A stretch of DNA of 64,000 nt, from the NCBI GenBank assembly GCA_965228855.1, contig CBDDIJ010000003.1, positions 672,001 through 736,000 on the forward strand, read 5' to 3'. The translations under genes were made by a program, and so were the position numbers. Shown here in pieces: positions 57,407 to 64,000 of this stretch. The stretch is from Candidatus Obscuribacterales bacterium. Lineage in GTDB: Bacteria > Cyanobacteriota > Vampirovibrionia > Obscuribacterales > Obscuribacteraceae. The notes under the pieces were generated by a model. The model ran no database searches. It was not told where the DNA came from and saw only the letters and a program-made list of their open reading frames with translations. Each line of letters begins with the position of its first letter. Position 1 is the first letter of the stretch.

Positions 57407-58324
57407 TCAAATGGGTGGACCAGAGGCTCCATATTTCGATAGTTCTTCGAGCAGGTTTCTGACCGAATATTGTGGGACATATCCGATACTGCTGGTGGTG
57501 CGTGAGATGTCCAGCCTCCTAGGACAGTGATGAAGTGGAAGATCGTGTTTTAGAGCCATCTCGTAGTATTCTGGAAAGTGCAATTTAAATGTGGTGCCTG
57601 GACCTTCTCGATCCCAGTTTAAGAACTCATCTTTTGAGTACTCATAGGCACCATCTACGGTGAGGATCAAATTTTCGCATACGTCGCGTTCCGCATCTTC
57701 ACTTTCCTCATCGCTACGTGTCGCATCTCCGTCGAGTCTCCTGGCCAGATAGTCGATACTTCTTTCTACTGATTGCGCAACATCGTTGATATGCACCGCT
57801 CCTTTCCAAAACCATTTTGCCCATTCTACGTAGTTGCTGTAAACCGCCCGGTTCCAGTGCGGAATGAACGCTCTTGGACGCAGTGTTATCGTCTTCAACT
57901 TGTGATGCGAAGCGTAAAATGAAGCCAGCTGTTCTGAAATAATTTTGCTGTTCCCATATACTGTATCGGGTTCATCGATACTGGTGCTCGAGATGAAAAT
58001 CACGCTGCCAACGCCGGCACGGACAGATGCCTCGAAAACTTCGAAAGTTCCCCTGATGTTCAGGTCGAAGAATTCGTAAGCATCCCTCTGCTTCTTAAAC
58101 TCATGAATGCCATGCCAAGCCGCGATGTGAACGACTACATCGCAGTTTGAAAACCACGTTGGAAGTTGTGGTCGATCCAAGACCGAGCCGCGGACGAATT
58201 CTCCGGGCGAGTCATGCGGCGGGTCTGCAACATCGAGAAGAACCGCTTCATCACCCCGATTCGTCAATCTTCTCGCCAGAACTTTGCCCAGATCACCACA
58301 ACCACCTGTCAGCAAAACGCGCAT
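57407..58324 (-). CDS. NAD-dependent epimerase/dehydratase (extended SDR)
   Basis: TGGCGDLG, HIAA, SST, YGNSK. Confidence 0.88.
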   Translation of the reverse strand: MRVLLTGGCGDLGKVLARRLTNRGDEAVLLDVADPPHDSPGEFVRGSVLDRPQLPTWFSNCDVVVHIAAWHGIHEFKKQRDAYEFFDLNIRGTFEVFEASVRAGVGSVIFISSTSIDEPDTVYGNSKIISEQLASFYASHHKLKTITLRPRAFIPHWNRAVYSNYVEWAKWFWKGAVHINDVAQSVERSIDYLARRLDGDATRSDEESEDAERDVCENLILTVDGAYEYSKDEFLNWDREGPGTTFKLHFPEYYEMALKHDLPLHHCPRRLDISRTTSSIGYVPQYSVRNLLEELSKYGASGPPI

Positions 58325-58515
58325 CGGTTTCCTCCCAAAAAAAAGTTGTAAAAGGCCGCCAGACGCGTAGATTCAAATTTTAGCGGTTTCGTGCAAGAAA
58401 AGACTTTTTGCAAGAAATTCGCAATTCGAAGTTTGAATCTGAAATCGTGCTAAGATGACCCACTGATTGCGTTTCTGCAGATGCAGTCAGATGTCATAAG
58501 GAAGGAGATCAATAA

Positions 58516-59115
58516 ATGAATATCTCGCGGCGCGCACTTCTGTCATTGATGACGGCGTTTGCGGTGACCGGTGGAATTGCGACGGCAAGCTTCGCAGCCG
58601 ACTCGGGAACCTTCGCCAAATTTAGTACGACTGAAGGCGACTTTACTGTCAAATTGTTCGATAAACAAGCTCCGAAAACAGTCGCCAACTTTGTTGGCTT
58701 GGCTGAAGGTACCAAAGAGTGGAAGGACCCCCGTTCGGGCAAAATGGTCAAGAAGCCGTTCTACAATGGTTTGAAGTTTCATCGCATTATCGATGGTTTC
58801 ATGATTCAGGGCGGAGATCCGCTTGGTAACGGAACTGGCGGACCCGGCTACGAATTCGAAGACGAATTCGATCCCAAGCTCCGTCACTCCAAAGCGGGAA
58901 TTCTCTCGATGGCGAATGCTGGTCGCAACACCAACGGCAGCCAGTTCTTCATCACTCTCGCTCCTACGCCTCACCTCAACGACAAACACTCGGTGTTTGG
59001 TGAAGTAGTGAGCGGCATGGATGTAATTAAAAAGCTCGGCTCGACACCTGTTGGTGCCAACGATAAGCCGATCAAAGACGAAATAATCAAGTCCGTCACG
59101 ATCGAACGCAAATAG
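58516..59115 (+). CDS. Exported cyclophilin-type PPIase
   Basis: SRRALL signal; FHRIIDGFMIQGGDP, SMANAG, NGSQFFIT. Confidence 0.95.
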   Translation: MNISRRALLSLMTAFAVTGGIATASFAADSGTFAKFSTTEGDFTVKLFDKQAPKTVANFVGLAEGTKEWKDPRSGKMVKKPFYNGLKFHRIIDGFMIQGGDPLGNGTGGPGYEFEDEFDPKLRHSKAGILSMANAGRNTNGSQFFITLAPTPHLNDKHSVFGEVVSGMDVIKKLGSTPVGANDKPIKDEIIKSVTIERK

Positions 59116-59247
59116 TTTCAGCAGCGCCAGAGCGCTGTTTGTACCAAATGCAAATTTAAGGGGCACCATTTTTGGTGCCCTTTCGTTTAATCTGGTTTCT
59201 GCCGTGTTGATACCGGTTATGGTATCGTCGAATTCAACTAAGCGGAA

Positions 59248-60288
59248 CTAGATTTTCAATACTACTTTCCCGAAGTGAGCTCCGCTCTGCACGTAGCGAA
59301 GAGCTTCCACTACGTCGTGCGCATCGAACACTTTATCGATGACAGGTTTTGTTTTGTGCACTGTCAGAGCGGCGTTCATGCGTTCGTACATCTCTACCGA
59401 ACCGACGAAGATGCCCTGCAGTTTAACCGCCTTCATCAACAGGTGAACGGCGTGATTGCTTTGCGCATTTGGATTTGCAAGGACACCGATCAAGCTGATG
59501 TGTCCACCGACCTTGACGGAGACTGCGGACTTTTCCAGAGTACCTGAGCCGCCGACTTCGATTACGTGATCGACGCCCCGACCGCGGGTAAATTTCACTA
59601 CTTCCTTATCCCAGTCGGGATTGGATTTGTAGTTGATCACGTGTGCTGCTCCCATCTTTTTCAGCCGCTTCAACTTCTCATCGCTGCTGGATGTTGCAAT
59701 GACCTCAGCGCCACTCATAAGCGCGAACTGCATGGCAAATATGGAGACTCCGCCGGTTCCCATAACTAGAACGGTTTCACCGGCCTTTAGATTGCCTTCT
59801 TCGATTAAACCGTTCCAGGCTGTCAGAGCGGCGCATGGCAATGTTGCCGCTTCTTCGTCGCTCAAATAGTCAGGGATTTTGACAAGCGAACGTTCGTCGA
59901 AAACCGCATATTGCCTCAAGACTCCGTCGATACCGGCGCCGAGATCCGTCTGGATCACTTCGGGAGTTATCGTGCCTCCGGTCCATCCAGTCATAAAATT
60001 AGGCGAAACGCGCATGCCTACCTTGACTTTAGTCACCGCCTGACCGACTTCTATTACCTCGCCGACGCCGTCCGAAAGCGGAACTCTTGGGAGGGAAATC
60101 TTGCGATAACGACCGGTGCAAACTAACAAATCTCGGTAGTTGAGGGAAGCAGTTTTTATCCGCACCAGAACATCTCTAGGTCCCAGGGCTTGCGAAACTC
60201 TGGTGGCAGATTGGATCGCCGTCAAATCGTAGTTCGTGAGTTCGTAAGCCGCGTATTCGAGAGCACTCGAAGATGTAACTGCCGTCAT
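59248..60288 (-). CDS. NAD(P)-dependent MDR oxidoreductase (zinc-independent)
   Basis: SLNYRD, PLSDG, CAALTAW, GTGGVS, HFGKVV. Confidence 0.9.
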   Translation of the reverse strand: MTAVTSSSALEYAAYELTNYDLTAIQSATRVSQALGPRDVLVRIKTASLNYRDLLVCTGRYRKISLPRVPLSDGVGEVIEVGQAVTKVKVGMRVSPNFMTGWTGGTITPEVIQTDLGAGIDGVLRQYAVFDERSLVKIPDYLSDEEAATLPCAALTAWNGLIEEGNLKAGETVLVMGTGGVSIFAMQFALMSGAEVIATSSSDEKLKRLKKMGAAHVINYKSNPDWDKEVVKFTRGRGVDHVIEVGGSGTLEKSAVSVKVGGHISLIGVLANPNAQSNHAVHLLMKAVKLQGIFVGSVEMYERMNAALTVHKTKPVIDKVFDAHDVVEALRYVQSGAHFGKVVLKI

Positions 60289-60407
60289 TGCTACCTCCGG
60301 CTGGTCGTATGTATGCTCGGTCAAACCGTGCAGCTATTATCCGATACGAAGGGCCCCTAAATATACTGTGTTAACAAAGGCTTCAGTTGGATTTGTTGCC
60401 AAGTGAA

Positions 60408-61307
60408 TCAGCGCGCCGACAATGTAGTAACTCTTGGTCTGAAGTATTGTTGGTAGTTTGCGGTCCGCATGTAAAGAAGAATCGAGGCTGTTTTTGCAAT
60501 CTTTCCGGCGGTCTTGCGCAGTTCCGGATCGTCCGATTTCATGAGAGTTTTCAAGGCACTCACGGAATTTATAGCCGCTGGAATCGAGAATTCTGATTTG
60601 TAAACTGTTTGCGTCTTGCCCGTCCGGACCTGCTTTACGTCGGAATGAGGAATTAACTCCAGCGCGTTTGCCGATGCGAACTCTCCGGATTTGTCCGTAG
60701 AAATCAAAATGTGACGACCCGGCGAAAGGGTATGAGTTTCTCCGCTTGTAATCACTTTTATGTTTCCTTTCTTTGAGTCGTGGACATCGTAAACCGCGAG
60801 CCCGTCTGCGGTAGAGGATATTAAAGCGACCGATTTACCACCGATGTGTACGACTCCATGTATTGTGGAGACGTCCATGTCATGCTGTGGAACGAAGAGC
60901 GTAGTTCCTTCGAAAAGGTTAGACTTTCGCTCAGGGTTGCGGTCATCGTTCAACGCAGCACTTTCTACTGTGGTGGCTGGTGTCACGACAGCTCCTATTG
61001 AACTCCCCGTAACCAAGTTGGCTTGAATCTCCGCCACCTGTCGATTCTGGGTCAGAGGCGCTTGACCAGAGGCGCTTGTTGCGGTTCTTCCAGCTCGTAA
61101 AGCGCCGCTCTGGGGGAGTGTAGCGACCTGAGTACCAACATTTCCACGTTCTCTCGGCGAAGCGCTCTGCGATACCGGATGTGATATCGGACTGGATGCG
61201 TACATTGGCACCGCGGATGAGACCATCAGTCCGAACAGAACGGCTCGAGCAGTCGCACCGACCCGGTTTTGAACGGTTGAAATGTTCGAGAATGCTTCGC
61301 CTTGCAT
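60408..61307 (-). CDS. Hypothetical exported protein
   Basis: AAGGAGA RBS before MQGE; hydrophobic signal. Confidence 0.6.
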   Translation of the reverse strand: MQGEAFSNISTVQNRVGATARAVLFGLMVSSAVPMYASSPISHPVSQSASPRERGNVGTQVATLPQSGALRAGRTATSASGQAPLTQNRQVAEIQANLVTGSSIGAVVTPATTVESAALNDDRNPERKSNLFEGTTLFVPQHDMDVSTIHGVVHIGGKSVALISSTADGLAVYDVHDSKKGNIKVITSGETHTLSPGRHILISTDKSGEFASANALELIPHSDVKQVRTGKTQTVYKSEFSIPAAINSVSALKTLMKSDDPELRKTAGKIAKTASILLYMRTANYQQYFRPRVTTLSAR

Positions 61308-61602
61308 GATGTCTCCTTCGGCTTTCCATTTAGACCGCATTGCGAACTGCGAATGCGAACTTACAACAGAGTGAAGCATTGTTGTGTCGGTCTTGTGAAC
61401 GAGCCGGCATCCTCTCATTAATGTTTGTTCCTTTTCGTGTCGTTCATCTTGAAGACTGTCGAGCCTGTCCCAGGCGCGCGTTTGGCGCTCTCGAGGAGCT
61501 TAAGCCGGTTGGCGATATTGTGAATTGATAATGTGAGTTGTGGAGCGAAACGGCTGTTGTGTGCGATTATTATTGACCGCAGGCGCTCGAAAGTGAGGTC
61601 AC

Positions 61603-62310
61603 ATGAGCATCAAGAAATCTTGTAAACGTCCGATCCTTGCCGCACTCGCATCAATCTATCTGCTTGCTGGTGTTTCTGCGCCGGCATTGGCGGAGGGATT
61701 GTTCTATGACGCAGAGCATGATGTATTTGTCCTGCCGACCAATGAATTGAGCGTTCGATATAACAGTAAAACATTTGCGCCTGTAAAAGCCACCAAATAC
61801 GGTGACGATGCCGTCCACTTTCTTCAGTATCCTCTTCTCACCGGCGTAAAGATTGAGGAGGACTTCAGCAAGATGAACATCTCGCAATCGCCTGAATCCA
61901 TACAAATTGAGTGTTATGATTCCGGACCAATCGGTCCTATGGGAACCAATCGCATCTCCAAGGACTTTCTGAAAGAAAACAAAGTCACTCAAGTGAGCTA
62001 CAACCACGAGAAGATTGCGAAGGAAACCGGAATGCCGGTATCAGCTCTTCGAGCAATGAAAGCGATATTGATCTTTGAAGTGAAGCCGAAGAGCGGCGCT
62101 GATGCCTACAACTTATTCGCGTTTCAACATGATGGTCATACGACAATGTTTGCAAGGCGAATGCGTAGTGGAAGGGCTGATATCAAAAATGACCCACCGG
62201 TAATCATCGTAGACATGCGTCTAGGTTCAGTCAAAGATAGTAAAGCGAATGTGGAGTTTCCTGCCACGACTGAAAAAACGGCAAGCGAAGGCACACCTTC
62301 CGAACAATGA
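61603..62310 (+). CDS. Hypothetical exported protein
   Basis: GAGG RBS; signal peptide ending ALA. Confidence 0.65.
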   Translation: MSIKKSCKRPILAALASIYLLAGVSAPALAEGLFYDAEHDVFVLPTNELSVRYNSKTFAPVKATKYGDDAVHFLQYPLLTGVKIEEDFSKMNISQSPESIQIECYDSGPIGPMGTNRISKDFLKENKVTQVSYNHEKIAKETGMPVSALRAMKAILIFEVKPKSGADAYNLFAFQHDGHTTMFARRMRSGRADIKNDPPVIIVDMRLGSVKDSKANVEFPATTEKTASEGTPSEQ

Positions 62311-62342
62311 GTTGTTAGCCCCGAGGGTGTAGCGCGCATTCG

Positions 62343-64000
62343 ATGAAAGGCGTGGCTCAGAAACTGATTCGAATGTACGGGTATTTCCCCGTAATAGAGG
62401 CCTGCGTGATTGGCACTGCATCCGGTGCCTGTGCCCTGCTGCTGGGTGCAGGAATAAATTGGCTAGGCTCGTTGCGATTGTTGCTCTGCCAGAGCTATCC
62501 TGCGATGCTCGTATTGCCTCTATTCGGATTAGTTGGTGGCATGATCGCCGGATGCATGTTGCTCATTTCTCCTGATACCTCTGGTAGTGGCATCCCTCAA
62601 GTACGGGCTGTTCTGAACAGAATGAATCTGCCACTAGACGTCAGGGTGGCTATAGCGAAACTAATTGGTGGCACCGTGGCACTTGGCTCCGGTCTCTTCA
62701 TGGGAAGAGAGGGACCCACTGTGCAAGTCGGTGCAGCGATCGCCGGTCAGTTGACTCGATGGATCCCCACAACTGTCGAAAGTCGCAGATATCTCATAGC
62801 CTCAGGCGCCGCCGCTGGTTTAGCCGCTGCTTTCAGTGCGCCCATCGCTGGAGTCGTTTTCGTAATTGAGGAACTTTTGAAGGAGTTCAAACCCGCGGCC
62901 GTGGCACTATGCATAGTGTCATGCTTCAGTGCCTGTCTAATCGAGCAGCATTTCGGCACGCCCCACAAAATCGTATTTCGAAGCGAGACCTTTCAGGGTG
63001 TTTTGAATGCACCGGACATTTTGTTTCTTGTTGTCCTTGCCATAATCTGCGGGTTCTTCGGAGCGCTATTTAACCGGGGGATTCTGCTCTTGCTTCGGCT
63101 GTTTCGCTCGGTAAAGGTGCCGAAACCCTTCAAAGTCGGCTTTGCTGGTTTGCTCACTGGTGCCATAGTGGCGATGCTTCCTGCAACGCTGCATGATTAT
63201 GCTGGTGCGCGAGCGATGATAAATTCCGGCACACTGGAAGGCGACCTGGTTCCGATAGTATTCAGTTCATTTTCCGTTCTTACATTTCTTGGCTACGGAT
63301 CCGGCGCTCCTGGCGGTTTGTTCGCTCCGACCCTATCAATCGGTTCTTCAATCGGCTACATGGTCGGAGAAGCCGAGCGCTTTTGGATGCATACCGGGGC
63401 TTTGCATTTGTTTTCCCTGGTTGGTATGGGCGCGTTCTTCGCGGGGGTATCGCGCGCGCCCTTGACGGCTATCGTCATCGTTTTTGAGATGGTTAGCGAT
63501 TTCGCGCTGGTGCCACCACTAATGATCGCTTGCGTAATTTCTTCGTTTGTTGGTGATTGTTTCTATAAGGGTGGATTGTACGATCTCTTGATGGTTTGGA
63601 ATGGATTACATCTGCGCAATCCCGATCAGCCTGCTGAAGCCGTTGGAGTGTGCGCGCGCGACCTGATGACTGCTAAATTCGATGTCGTGGAGTCCGGCAT
63701 GACTCAAAAGACAGCTCTTGAACTCTTAGAGAAGACAAAAACATTAAGTGTTTCAGTGGTGAAGAAGGGCAAATTGATCGGTGTTTTCGTGGGTGGCGAC
63801 CGTCCGGCATCCACTAACCTGGAAACGGTAACCGTCGATAGCGCCATGGTGACTCCACCGCTGGCGGTAGCGCCGCACGACAGTGCCGAGGACCTGTTAT
63901 TTTTATTCTCTAGATACAAGTTCAACTGGCTGCCAGTCACTGATGATTCGAATAATTTGATTGGTGTAGTCTGGCAGAATGATCTTATTAATTCAGTTTT
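62343..64000 (+). CDS. ClC chloride channel/antiporter with CBS domains (runs off the window; not in ORF track)
   Basis: Manual translation: GSGIPQV, GREGPTVQ, GGLFAP, then a CBS-like region. Confidence 0.92.
   Translation, partial: MKGVAQKLIRMYGYFPVIEACVIGTASGACALLLGAGINWLGSLRLLLCQSYPAMLVLPLFGLVGGMIAGCMLLISPDTSGSGIPQVRAVLNRMNLPLDVRVAIAKLIGGTVALGSGLFMGREGPTVQVGAAIAGQLTRWIPTTVESRRYLIASGAAAGLAAAFSAPIAGVVFVIEELLKEFKPAAVALCIVSCFSACLIEQHFGTPHKIVFRSETFQGVLNAPDILFLVVLAIICGFFGALFNRGILLLLRLFRSVKVPKPFKVGFAGLLTGAIVAMLPATLHDYAGARAMINSGTLEGDLVPIVFSSFSVLTFLGYGSGAPGGLFAPTLSIGSSIGYMVGEAERFWMHTGALHLFSLVGMGAFFAGVSRAPLTAIVIVFEMVSDFALVPPLMIACVISSFVGDCFYKGGLYDLLMVWNGLHLRNPDQPAEAVGVCARDLMTAKFDVVESGMTQKTALELLEKTKTLSVSVVKKGKLIGVFVGGDRPASTNLETVTVDSAMVTPPLAVAPHDSAEDLLFLFSRYKFNWLPVTDDSNNLIGVVWQNDLINSV

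Overview
Bacterial chromosomal window of about 49% GC. The protein families suggest Melainabacteria/Obscuribacterales, but this is inference only. (1) 1-23 kb is a stress/dormancy-type island: hypB, six universal stress proteins, Hsp20, HPF/RaiA, PRTase, MBL hydrolase, Mg ATPase, ADH, GGDEF-EAL and a cytoplasmic avidin. Its promoters share a TCATCC-N8-GATG site about 20 bp upstream of -10-like hexamers. (2) A 1.65-kaa Gly-rich exported protein is followed by argGHF, which has tandem ARG boxes and an unannotated poly-Arg leader peptide. (3) Miscellaneous genes, the SPFH-DUF4178-DUF350-speE operon and an MBOAT/SGNH pair. (4) The highlight is a minus-strand RNA operon at 52.5-56.5 kb. It holds 24 tRNA/tRNA-like genes, many non-canonical, interleaved with five ncRNAs that share a Y-RNA-like terminal stem but carry different cargo. 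One cargo fuses the 23S sarcin-ricin loop to the 23S L11-binding (GTPase centre) domain; others are a circularly permuted tRNA-Trp and a tRNA-Asn(AUU) body. The operon sits behind a leader-peptide attenuator. (5) SDR, cyclophilin, MDR, hypotheticals and a truncated ClC channel. All calls were made by eye; rRNA comparisons use recalled E. coli sequences.
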